The notes: generated from the letters alone by a model not told the origin. DNA of 64,000 bases from Somniosus microcephalus (GCA_052327205.1 CM126224.1:23808001-23872000); one strand, 5' to 3'; positions 1-12,200 are shown, numbered from the stretch's first letter. Program-made: numbers and translations.

Positions 1-2304
1 TCAAGGACAACCCAAATTTTAAAAGGGGTTCATTAGTTCATCTTTCCCTCCAAATTCAAAGTGCTGGCCCTGAACGCTTGCTGGTATTTCAACACGTTGA
101 GTTCATGTGGCTCATACTTGATCTTTACTGATAAGTCTGTACTTCCCCTTATCAGACTCCCATCTCACAGTAGGGCTACCTGACCAGACCCACTCACTGG
201 CTCCAAGGCTCTCAGACTGGAACCAGATCCCTGCCCGCTGAGGTAGGGAGGAGAGGAGGTGGTCATCTCCATGGGACATTCGACTATAGTTCAAAGTGAC
301 ACATTCAAACAATCCCTCACTATGCTGCATATTCAGTTCCAAAGTCTAGAACCTTTAAAGCGCTACCCTGTCCCCATTTGAACTAAAGTCCAAATGAAAT
401 ATTTAGTTCAGTGAAATAGGCCAACATATTTTCGTAGCTTCTGGGTTTAAGCTGGCCAAAAGGGGATTTTACATAGCTTTCAGCTACTGAGAACAGAAAA
501 TCAGCATCTTGAAAGCTGCTCCATTTTCTAGCTGTATACTTTGTAAAATTTAGAGCGTCTAGTTGTATGTAGACTATTGATGTAATGGCTGAAAAAATGT
601 TTTGCAGGGAAAGATGACTTTGGCTGCGGTTGCTGAACGAGACGTCTATTTTACTAGAAACAGGTTTGACAATAATTTTGTGGCGGTAATAACTATTTTC
701 ACTACGTACAGCTACAGAATGAAGTCTTTTTTAACTTAATTGAAGACACTATTGAAAGAAATATATTTCGTCTTGTAATAAAAGCAGTATGGAGAAAACA
801 TTCAAAGCTAAAATAATCAGAAGCAATTTGTGTTCACGAGCAGAATGATGTACTGTTTTTTCTTGCATGCTCTGCACTGAATCAGTTTTGAGGTTGTGGA
901 GAAACTTAAAACCTATAATAAAATAATGAACAACAGTTAGAGTAGCATATCTTTAAATTAAAAAAAACTTTAAAAAAAGAAAAGCATGGAATCGGATACA
1001 AAAGTTCAGGAGAATCTTTATAGATTATATAGATGTACAGCTGAAATTAACCAGTGATTATGAAGGGGAAATTAAATCCAATTCATTAATTAAATTAATT
1101 TCCCCTTATCTGAATAGAGAGACTGCTATGTAAGTCCATACAGTCTCCTCCCATTTGGATAAGTCCTTTACTACTCTTACTGGTGTCTGCCAATATATGG
1201 TTTGGCACCACACAAGAGCCCAGTAAAACTGCAACACCATTACACTTTTTTTGAACTGGGCACCATTATATGTTTCTCCATATCTTAATATGACTTGTTT
1301 TAGGGTAACCTTTCCTCCCATCTTCTGATATAAAAAAAAATCCAAGTTCAGTAATACCACCTATGCATAAGGTTTCAGTCACAACTAAAGGGAAAAATAT
1401 ACACAAAGCATGTATTTATCCATATGGAAAGCAGATGTTTTGTAAATTTACATATGAGCAACATCAAACTGGTAAAAGAATCAGCTGATTCACAAGGGAT
1501 CGCTTTTTGCAGAAAGCCACATCAGCTTTCCTACATGCTTGCTCAGCATCATTATAAGCCCAAGTGTCTCACTTCATTTCAAATTCACAAAAATCAAATG
1601 CTATGCCGAGCAAATCATGTTAAGGCAGAGAGAAACTCTACATCTTGCAGGACTAACCCAATAAACTCTGGCATTGGCGCTTGGAAAGGTTGGCAAGATA
1701 CCAGTTAAGACCAGAGAGATTACACCATAATCTTGGGAAGAAATACAATCTCTTCATTAATATTTTATAAATTATTATTGAGATGATGTAAAGAAAAAAA
1801 AATGCAGATCGAAGCCAGAACACAGATCCCACTGTACACTTGGCGTCTCCGATCTGTGGGGCTCCAGGTCTCATGTGAAGCCCTGTCACCCAGCAACTAC
1901 AGAATAATTAAACTTCCTTGAGAACTGCTTATGATGGCAAACTGCACCAGGAGTAAGATGTCTGCCATTTCATCAAAACAGTAATCTACTTGTCTGTAAT
2001 CATGTAATGATTAATAATGTTTCATAATATGTGTCACGCTGGGTAAAACTATTTGTTTTGGATATTATTGTATAAAATAATAGTTGTTACTAACTTTTCT
2101 AGTAGAGGTCAGTATGCTCAATAGTTTTTGTGATATACATGTCAAATTGCCTCTTAATAATTTTTGCAGGTTCTGTCTAAATAGTACATAAAAGATCAAG
2201 AAATAATCTAGGAACAGCGTAATTATATAACACAATAAGAAAAAGCCTGTGTTTATATTAAATCTGGATTTCTGCTAGAGTAATGGATAATCAGAAAGGG
2301 AGGG

Positions 2305-2521
2305 TGTCATAAATCGCAACTTCTACAAGAAGTACTACTGAACGGCCAGCTGAGGGCGCCGCCTGAGGAGTATAAATACTCGGGCGTGGGCCCACCTTGG
2401 CCAGAGACAGTCTGGAAACAGGAAACTAGTGACTACTAACTAGACCTCCATGTTTTGTTACAAGTCGATTAAAGCCTTGCTTTATGTACAACCAAGTGCG
2501 TAGTGAGTCTTTATTACGTCA
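2305..2521 (+). repeat. 5' LTR
   Basis: Starts TGTCATAA and ends CGTCA. TATAAATA at 2371-2378 and ATTAAA at 2468-2473. Matches 6586-6802. Confidence 0.95.
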
Positions 2522-2621
2522 ATTTAATCGACTTGTTATCGTCTCCACGCCTTGGGCGATTCGGAACAACCAGCTGCAACTTGAACTGCAGAAAGGGACC
2601 TGGGCAAGAAACTGATCCATC

Positions 2622-5600
2622 ATGGATAAACTCCTTAGACCTGCTCGTCTCGACCTGGACCCGAATGCAACTGCGGCAGCGAAGGTATGGAAGCATTGGT
2701 TTCGTACCTTTAGCAACTTTCTTGAAGAATGTGGGGCGGGTGCCTCTAATAAGTTACGAATGCTTATTAACTACATATCCCCTCATGTGTATGATTATAT
2801 TGAGGACTGTATAGACTACAACGCTGCTATTGAAATTTTACAGCAGCTATATGTCAAGTCCCCGAATGAAATCTTTGCTTGACACCTACTGGCCACAACT
2901 CGGCAGCAGCCTGGGGAATCACTCAATGAATTCCTCCAGAAACTTCACAGGCTCAGCAAAGATTGTAACCTTAAAGCGGTTACAGCTGAACAGTATCAAG
3001 AGGAACTAATCCGCGATTCCTTTATCAATGGGATTGCGTCCCCTTTTATATGTCAGCGCCTGCTGGAAAATAAAACCCTCAATTTACGGGCTGCTTATGA
3101 CCAGGCATGTTCCCTGGACTTGGCCAAGAAGAATGCAGACACTCATCTCCCACCACATGCACAGGCGGCAGCTATCACCCTTAATAAGTCTTTCGATAGG
3201 TCTCGAGTGGATGCCCCTGCTGATGATGACTCTACTCTAACGGACAACGACCCTACCCTAGAGGCCTTTGCTGATGACGACCCCGCCCTAGCAGCATCCT
3301 GGCAATCGGGAAGAAAGTGTTTCTTTTGTGGAGGTACGTTCCATTACAGAAAATTTTGCCCGGCTCGTAATGCAACCTGCAATCATTGCAGCAAGAAAGG
3401 ACACTTTTCCGAGGTATGCCAGTCACGGGCCTCTGCTAACAAGAAAGGCTGCTCCTCTAAAGTATACCGGTCGAGAGCTCCTGTTAGCTTCACAGCTGCT
3501 ATCTATGGAGCTGCTCCTCCCCCAAGAACCACTGCTAAGGCTACAGCTGCCGAAGGAAAAATTACCCCTCCTCCCATCACAGCTGTTTTTCCCCAAAGTT
3601 TGTCCCATGCAGCTACGAAGGTTTCAGTAAATGGGCACACTCTAAGCGCGCTAATCGACTCCTGCAGCTCTGACAGCTTCATTAGTAAGCGGGCTGTCAG
3701 CAGGTTAAAACTGCGCATTTATCCCTCGGACAGGGAGATTGCAATGGCTCCAACGACTCTGACCACCAATTCTTTTGGCTTCTGTCTTGTCAACCTCATC
3801 CTCAATGGTCGCACGTATCCCTCCACCCGGCTCAGAGTACTCGAAAACTTATGTAGCGATGTGCTTCTGGGACAGGACTTCCAGAAGCAGCACAAAAGAC
3901 TCACTTTTGAGTTTGGAGGGTCGAAGCCGGAGCTTACCATTTCTAAGGTGCCGTTTTGTGCGCTCTCGGCGGCCTTACTCGGTGAGCCCTCCCTGTTTGC
4001 CAATCTCTCCCCCCGCTGTAAACCCATAGCCACCAAATCGCGGCGCTTTAGCCAAGACGACCGAGCATTTATCGAGGCAGAAATCTCTCGCCTTTTAGCT
4101 GACAGTATTATCAAGCCGTGTTTATCCCCCTGGCGGGCTCAAGTCGTCATTGTGAAAAACCCTTTAAAACAACATAAGAAACGTCTGTGTATTGATTATT
4201 CGCAGACTATTAATCAATATACTGATCTGGATGCCTACCCACTACCACGCATAGACGACATGGTCAACAACCTTGCCAAATACAAGGTATTTTCAACCTT
4301 CGATTTAAAGAGCGCGTACCATCAGGTACCGCTGAAAGACTCTGACAAAAAGTATACGGCCTTTGAGGCCAATGGTCGGCTTTATCAGTTTTGTCGCCTT
4401 CCATTTGGGGTCACCAATGGGGTGGCCGTCTTCCAACGGGCAATGGACGGCCTAGTCCGGCAAGAGAACTTGACGGATACCTTTCCATATTTAGACAATA
4501 TCACTATTGCCGGCCATGATCAAAAGGAGCATGACGCTAATCTTCAGAGATTTTTTGACGTTCTCCGTCGTCGCCACTTAACATTAAATGAATCCAAATC
4601 GGTGAAATCAGTGCCATCAGTGAACATTCTCGGCTACTGGGTGGGCAACAGTGTTATTAAACCGGACCCAGAGCGACTTCGTCCACTTCAGGAGCTCCCT
4701 CCCCCTACAAATCTCGGCTCTCTTCGTCGGGCACTTGGCATGTTTGCTTATTACGCAAAGTGGATACCTCACTTCTCCGATAAAATACAGCCCCTGCTTC
4801 ATGCGAAGTCTTTTCCATTAGAAGCAACGGCTATTTCTGCCTTCAACCTCCTCAAACGACAGCTGGAGAAAGCCACGCTTCGCTCCATTGATGAAAACCT
4901 TCCTTTTGTGGTCAAATGCGATGCATCGGAGGTGGCGATCTCGGCTACCTTGAATCAAGGTGGTCGGCCCGTGGCATTCCTATCCAGAACCTTACAGGGT
5001 AGCGAGCTCCATTACCCCACCCCCCGTCGAGAAGGCGGCTACAGCCATCATCGAGGCTGTACGCCAATGGAGTCATTTCCTTGCTCGGCGTCATTTCACG
5101 CTCATAACTGACCTGCGCTCCATGGCCTTCATGTTGGATAACCGAAAGCGCACGAAAATCAAAAATAATAAAATTCAACTCTGGAGGATGGAGCTGGCCG
5201 CCTTTGGATATACTATCCATTATCGACCCGGCAAACAGAATGTGGCCCCAGATACCTTCACACGGGCATTTTGCTCTTCAATGTCAACGTCGACTCTGGC
5301 GGATCTGCATATGGACTTATGCCATCCTGGCGTTACCCGTATGTTGCACTTTGTGCGCTCCAAAAAATCTACCATTCTCAATGGAGGACGTAAAGAAAAC
5401 ATGCTCCTCCTGTAGGATTTGTGCAGAATTGAAACCACAATTCTTCCGCCCATCAGATGATTTACTCATACATGCAATGCAGCCTATGCAGAGGCTCAGC
5501 ATAGACTTTAAAGGACCATTGCCTTCGTCGACGCGGAACACCTACCTACTTACGATGGTAGACGAGTATTCATGCTTTCCCTTTGCCTTCCCCTGTCCTA

Positions 5601-6451
5601 ATATGCTTACCTCTACGGTAATTAAATGCCTCGAGCAGGTCTTTTCCCTCTGCGGGAGGGCCAATTTTATCCACACGGACCGGGGTCCCTCCTTTATGTC
5701 GAGTGAACTTAAAAGTTATCTCTCCCAACGGGGAATCGCCTTGAGTAAGACGACACCATATCACCCAATTGGCAATGGACAGGTTGAACGATACAATGCC
5801 ATCATCTGGAACGCTGTCCATCTGGCTCTGAGGTCACGCAACCTACCAGACCAGCAATGGGAAACTGTGCTCCCCGACGTGTTACACTCTATCAGGTCTC
5901 TTCTCTCCACATCCACTAATGTCACACCTCATGAGCGATTCTTCAAGTTCCGGCGTCGCTCTACACATGGGACATCTCTACCCTCATGGTTGGTGGCTCC
6001 AGGCCCTGTGCTACTCCGGAGGTTCGTCCGGTCGGCCAAGAACGACCCTCTCATTGACGAGGTGGAGTTAATGGAGGTAAACCCCACGTATGCGCACGTG
6101 TGGTACCCCGATGGCCGGGAGTCCACCGTCTCGCTCAGAGATCTGGCTCCCTGCCCAACCGGTCACACGGGCCCGAATGATGTCAACACTCCGCACCCCT
6201 ATGAAGATGACGCCCTACCTGGGACATCGAGGGATCTGCCGGCAGTGCTACTGGATCAACTCAGGGAGCCAAACGCTACCCATAGGATGGCCACCCGAAA
6301 TCAGGACGCCGGACAATCTCCGGCTACAACCCAGGATGAGGCCAGCTCTGCGCTTGTGGGGACCTGCACCCAGAGCCATGATATTCCCAGGCCTCCACAG
6401 GACAATCAAGACGACGCGGACTCTACCAACTTACCGGTACGGGCCAAGTGA
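2622..6451 (+). pseudogene. Disrupted single gag-pol polyprotein of the Gypsy element
   Basis: ORFs 2622-2882 and 3120-5111 share a frame, split by a TGA at 2880-2882 (likely from CGA). +1 frameshifts occur near the C-run at ~5015-5026 and the A-run at ~5362-5368. Motifs: Zn knuckles CFFCGGTFHYRKFC and CNHCSKKGHFSEVC, protease LIDSCS, RT LCIDY/FDLKSAYHQ/LPFG/YLDN, RNase H CDAS, integrase HHCC and D-D-E (IDFKGP, TDRG, VERYN). Confidence 0.93.
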
Positions 6452-6585
6452 CCCAGGGACCAGGACACGGTCCGGGGAGACTTGCCTTCCAGTCACAAGC
6501 AGAAAGCTAAATGACTATGGCTATTTTTGGTCCGCCTAGTCCGTTAAAGGAAGACTGGACTTCCAAACCTTTTAGGGAGGAAGAA

Positions 6586-6802
6586 TGTCATAAATCGCAA
6601 CTTCTACAAGAAGTACTACTGAACGGCCAGCTGAGGGTGCCGCCCGAGGAGTATAAATACTCGGGCGTGGGCCCACCTTGGCCAGAGACAGTCTGGAAAC
6701 AGGAAGCTAGTGACTACTAACTAGACCTCCATGTTTTGTTACAAGTCGATTAAAGCCTTGCTTTATGTACAACCAAGTGCATAGTGAGTCTGTCTTATGT
6801 CA
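6586..6802 (+). repeat. 3' LTR
   Basis: Directly follows the polypurine tract, ends TATGTCA and is followed by the TSD GAGGG. Confidence 0.95.
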
Positions 6803-6885
6803 GAGGGTATAAAATATAAAATATATTTGTAATTTAAACAGGTTCAGAGGACACCACAAACCATGTATTGTTACCATATTAGAAT

Positions 6886-7230
6886 CGCTCCTCCCTAGCT
6901 CTGTAGCCTCCTCCGGCCCTACAAGCCTTCGCGATCTCTGTGCTCCTCCAATTCTGACCTCCAGCGCATCCCCGATTTTAATCATTCCACCCTTGGCGGC
7001 CGTGCCTTCAGCTGCCTAGCTCTGGAATTTCCTCCCTAAACCTCTCCGCTTCTCTACCTCTCTCTCCTCCTTTAAGATGTCCCATAAAACCTGCTTCCTT
7101 AACCAAGCTTTTGGTCATCTGTCCTAATATCTCCTTATGTGGTTCAGTGTCCAATTTTGTTTGGTAATGCTCGTGTGAAGCGCCTTGGGACAACTTTAAA
7201 GGTGCTATTTAAATGCAAGCTGTTGTTGCT
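6886..7230 (+). mobile_element. L2-clade LINE 3' fragment
   Basis: Reverse-complement similarity to the L2 3' end at 7598-7950. Ends in a GTTGTTG tail. Confidence 0.75.
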
Positions 7231-7597
7231 GACATCTGAACCAGAGATTAGATTACAGCCCTACTTAAATACGAAGTGCCTTTATTTTGCATAATATGAA
7301 CTAAACTGGACTGTTTTTTCCCCAAAGTTATTTTTGTTATGAATGAGCAGAGGAGAAGTCATTGATTGAGAAACAATCGTGACATTGTCACTGCGGAATC
7401 AGTGTGTCACGTAATTCACAGGAGGGTCTAAATCAGTGAATTACTTTACAGCTGTGACACTAAATTACAAGGAAATTAAAAGCCTAATAAGGTGGAAAAA
7501 GAAGGCGAGACAGGGGTCAGGAGCTTTCAAGCTGCTCCATGTTCACAACCTGTATTCAAACTGTCTTTCCTAGGCCTATCACATTAGGCAAACACTG

Positions 7598-9278
7598 AAC
7601 AACAACAACAACAACTTGTATTTATATAGCGCCTTTAACGTAGTAAAACATCCCAAAGCGCTTCACAGGAGTATTTAAAGACAAAAAATTTGACACCGAG
7701 CCACATAAGGATAAATTAGGGCAGGTGACCAAAAGCTTGGTCAAAGAGATAGGTTTTAAGGAGCGTCTTAGAGGAGGAAAGGGAGGTAGCGAGGCGGAGA
7801 GGTTTAGGCAGGGAATTCCAGAGCTTAGGGCCAAGGCAACAGAAGGCACGGCCACCAATGGTTGAGCGATTATAATCAGGGATGCTCAAGAGGGCAGAAT
7901 TAGAGGAGCGCAGATATCTCGAGGAGTTGTGGGGCTGAAGGAGATTACAGAGATAGGAAGGGGCGAGGCCATGGAGGGATTTGAAAACAAGGGTGAGACT
8001 TTTGAAATCGAGGCACTGCTTAACTGGGAGCCAATGTAGGTCAGTGAGCACAGGGGTGATGGGCGAACGGGACTTAGTGTGAGTTAGGACACGGGCAGCC
8101 GAGTTTTGGATGACTTCAAGTTTACGTAGGGTGGAATGTGGGAGGCCAGCCAGGAGTGCATTGGAATAGTCAAGTCATAGAAACATAGAAACATAGAAGA
8201 TAGGAGCAGGAGTAGGCCATTCAGCCCATCGAGCCTGCTCCACCATTCAATGAGATCATGGCTGATCATCCAAATTCAGTACCCTGTCCCTGCTTTCTCC
8301 CCATATCCCTTGATCCCTTTAGCCTTAAGAAATATATCCAACTCCTTCTTGAATATATTTAATGAATTGGCCTCTACTGCCTTCTGTGGTAGAGAATTCC
8401 AAAGGTTCACCACTCACTGGGTGAAGAAATTCCTCCTCATTTCTGTCCTAAATGGCTTACCCCTTATCCTTAGACTGTGACCCCTGGTTCTGGACTCCCC
8501 AACCATCGGGAACATCCTTCCTGTATCTAGTCTGTCCAGTCCTGTCAGAATTTTATAAGTTTCAATGAGATCCCCTCTCATTCTTCTAAACTCCAGTGAG
8601 TATAAGCCCAATTGACCCAATCTCTCCTCATACGTCATTCCTGCCATCCTAGGTATCAGCCTGGTGAATCTTCGCTGGACTCCCTCCATGGCAAGAACAT
8701 CCTTCCTCAGATAAGGTGACCAAAACTGCACACAATACTCAAGATGTGGTCTCACTAAGGCCCTGTACAACTGCAGCAAGACATCCTTGTTCCTGTACTC
8801 AAATAGTATAACACTAGAGTAACAAAGGCATGGATGAGGGTTTCAGCAGTGGATGAGCTGAGGCAAGGCGGAGATGGACGATGTTACAGAGGTGGAAGTA
8901 GGTGGTCTTTGTTATGCTGCGGATATGTGGTCTGAAGCTCATTTCAGGGTTAAATATGACACCAAGGTTGCGAACAGTGTGGTTCAGCTTCAGACAGATG
9001 TTAGGGAGTGGGATGGAGTCAGTGGCTAGGGAACGGAGTTTGTGGCAGGGACCGAAAACAATGGCTTCGGTCTTTCCAATATTTAATTGTAGGAAATTTT
9101 TGCTCATCCAGAACTGTATGTCGGACAAGCAGTCTGACAATTTAGACACCGTGGAGGGGTCGAGAGAAGAGGTGGTGAGGTAGAGCTGGGTGTCATCAGC
9201 GTACATGTGGAAACTGACGCTGTGTTTTCAGATGATGTCACCAAGGGGCAGCATGTAGATGAGAAATAGGAGGGGGCC
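7598..9278 (-). mobile_element. 5'-truncated L2-clade LINE interrupted by a CR1 insertion
   Basis: Minus-strand peptides YADDTQLY...LQLNIGKTE (8814-9206) and LHWLPV...GGRAF...PKLWNSLP...LKTYLF (7716-8051). (AAC)n tail at 7598-7615. Confidence 0.9.
8177..8804 (-). mobile_element. CR1 LINE 3' fragment nested in L2
   Basis: Peptide LYRALVRPHLEYCVQFWSP...RTRGHSLRI, (CATAGAAA)n tail, near-identical to the 3' end of 39266-41918. Confidence 0.92.
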
Positions 9279-12200
9279 AAGTATAGGCCCCCCTCCTATT
9301 TCTCCTAAGAAGGAGTAAGTAAAGGGCTTAGAAATACGTCCCACTCACTAATTTTAGGGGGCCCAGCAATTTCTTTTTAAACAAAATCCAAAGCATTGCT
9401 GGTAAGAACAGTAAGGATATAGTGGCCATTTGCAAAGTATAAAATGGAGAATGTTCAAAAAACAGTGTTGATGGAACAAATCTGATGGTTTCATGGTATG
9501 TAATTGGAGTGTTTCAAGTGTATTAGGAAATCTGTTTTTAAGGTTATCATTAATCTAATCAGAACGGCTGGCTTCTGAATCTGAGCTGGTTCTCCAGGAT
9601 ACACTCGAATCACAGCCATGAGGCTCAAGTAAAATAGTACAATGCAGTATAAAATAACATCATTGTAATTGATCTACATTTCACTGTGAATTTCACATTA
9701 CTACATGAAATTACAGTGATTGAGGTATTTAATGTTCTTCCATTATTTACCAATTTTCTCTGTAAAACTTCACAAAGGTAATAAAAACAATTTGGCTAAC
9801 ATTCTGAAAGTACACTTTGCAATTGGCACACAAGTTGATTAAACCACATTAGATGGGATTTTATTGTGTGTAATACTTTTACTGCCCAATTTTCAAATGG
9901 TTTTATGTTATGATAATAGCACTGCAGGGTAAAGCTCTATACCTAATGGAATCCACACTGATTGAGATAGTTTAATGCCAGTGTGGGTGGAATAGACGAA
10001 TGGGTAACGAGGGAGTGGGGAGGAGCGTCACTGATATAACTGTCCTTCACCTGATTATCAACTGTTTTGGAAACATAAGGACTATTTCTATTCGCCATTA
10101 TCAACACAAAAGTGCTTCCAGCCATGTTTTTATGTGACATGAGGGAGGGGAGAAATTGAGAATAATATTTAATCCTTTGCACTTTTCCTGCTGAATGAGA
10201 TGCTGCTCCCTTTCCCTTCTCCCAATGGACATTCATTTTGCCTTACATTTAAATCACAGAATAGCATCAGCAGAATATTTTAGCAGTTAAAATGGGTAAC
10301 TCACTGCAGTGCAAAGTGAACCTGTACAAAAATCCAGGCAATCCTTTTTAGGCTTCACACATTTGGGTTGCAAGAGCCTATTTTGTCTTTAAAGAATAGT
10401 TCTCATACTGTTTTTATAATTACTAACACAATGCAGACAGCTATAAGTTGTGTATAGATTTTAACCCTTTGAGGTCTAGCACAGCACAACCAAAGTCACT
10501 TTTTTATTTCAAGAATGTGAGAGAAATATTCTGTAGATTTCTATAAATGTCATTTTGTAACATTCAGCAAAAGGAAAACAACAGCAAATATTTGGGATAT
10601 GTTAGAATAGATAATATGTACACGTTTTAGTGTGGCTGGAAAGACTGCAAAAGTATTTTTCTTTAAAGTCCAAAACTACAGTTTTGTGTATGGCATTTAA
10701 CAGATTGGAATCATGAATCATGACTAATTAGGATTTCATGTAATGAAAACATTAAATAGAATTTGATGGATTCAAATCTGTATGGAAGTTAAGAAAATTT
10801 GCACTTTTAAATAAATATTATATTTTATAAAAGTATGTAATATTAACATACAGCGCAGAAACAGCATCAGTCACATTAAATTGAGGATTTTTTTTAATGA
10901 TTAACCCATGGCCTGATACAAACATTAAGAAAAAATGTAATTCTGGGAAATGAGCTCTATGTCCTAGACTTGAAATATGCTTCCGAGCTACACATGAACA
11001 AATAGTAAAGATATAGCACGACATCCAGCTGGTTTTTTTGACAGTTTTTTTTATCCGGTCCCGACATATTTTACAGTATATGTTAGGAAGCACAAGGGTA
11101 CTGAAGGAGGTGCAGACACAAGTTAGGTAGATTGCAAGCTGCAAGTGAAATTCCGAGCCAAATCGAAGACAGCAGCTAGCCTCAATCAACCATCAGGGTT
11201 TTTAACCTGAGAGGAGATGGAAAGTGATAGTGTAAGTGTCACCAGTCAGCAGGAGGCTCATCCTCCAGCTTCAGGTAGTTTGACATACAATTAAAACCTA
11301 CTGGTATTCTGCAGCTTTTATCAGCATGTGCAATCTTTGCAAGATTTAGATTTTCCAATTTTGGAAATGTTTCACTTTCTGGAGTGGAATCAGGCGAATG
11401 TTTAAGACGTATCAGTGGGATGACTTTTGGATTGCTGTAGCAAAGAGACAGCACAGAAATGGGAGGCATGGCCTCCCTCTCTGCTGTAAACTTCGATGAA
11501 GTGTTTTTATTTGTTATGCACTTATAAAGATGCATACCGTTATCCAAACCGAAGCTTAAAATGCAAAGCAAATGGATGACTAAGAATGAGTTGACACTGG
11601 GGCCAATTTTCCAGGTGCAGGCTGTCGGCAGAGAGCCTAGGTAACCTAGGCAGCCGAGGTAACCGCCCGCACAGATCCGGAAATCGTTGGTGTGCTGCCC
11701 GTGATTTCCTGACAGCAGGCGAGGTTTCCCACTAGAGCAGGTACTCCAAAAATGGGCTGTAATATCGAATACGCTGCCTCCATTACAGAACTACCCTAAT
11801 TTCCTATCACGCTATTCAGCGGAATGGACTTCGTCCAAAACTATTGACCTCATTAAGTTTGAAGACAGTCGCTGAGCTAACAAAAATCAAGTTATACCGC
11901 AGCCTGTGCCTGGTTACAACTTGCACTCTGCCCACCAGAAGAGAGTTCTGCACAACCACCCACCTCCGCTCCTCTGGCAGCTATCTTTTAATGTTCGGTA
12001 AATGTGGAAAGCAGCAGTTGACATTTAAAGGACTCTGCGGGATTTTTTTGTAGAATCTGGCTGCGTACCATACTGGAGTTATACTCCACATGGTATCAAC
12101 CCCAAGTGCCATGAGATGGCCTCTTGGATGGATCTCACAGCTCTTGGCTTTAATGCATTCCAGAAACAGATTGAGAGTTGACTCCAGGGTATGCTGCCAC

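Larger units (their letters stand above)
2305..6802 (+). mobile_element. Full-length Ty3/Gypsy LTR retrotransposon (Mag-like Gag), antisense to the host gene
   Basis: Two 217-bp direct repeats TG...CA (2305-2521, 6586-6802) with 7 mismatches by eye. 5-bp TSD GAGGG at 2300-2304 and 6803-6807. PPT AGGGAGGAAGAA at 6574-6585. Internal gag-PR-RT-RH-IN order. Confidence 0.97.

Noticed and set aside
112-342. 76-aa minus-strand ORF as a possible LMX1B exon 3
   Set aside because: No LIM cysteine pattern or similarity to the expected LFAAKCSGC... sequence.
3719-4114. Antisense ORFs over the Gypsy pol, and similar ones over the CR1 RT (39961-41104)
   Set aside because: Shadow ORFs of the coding strand with no independent motifs.
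9681-9719. Imperfect 14-bp inverted repeat TCACTGT(G)AATTTCA / TGAAATTACAGTGA
   Set aside because: Short, AT-rich and isolated. Too small for a miRNA precursor and has no supporting context.
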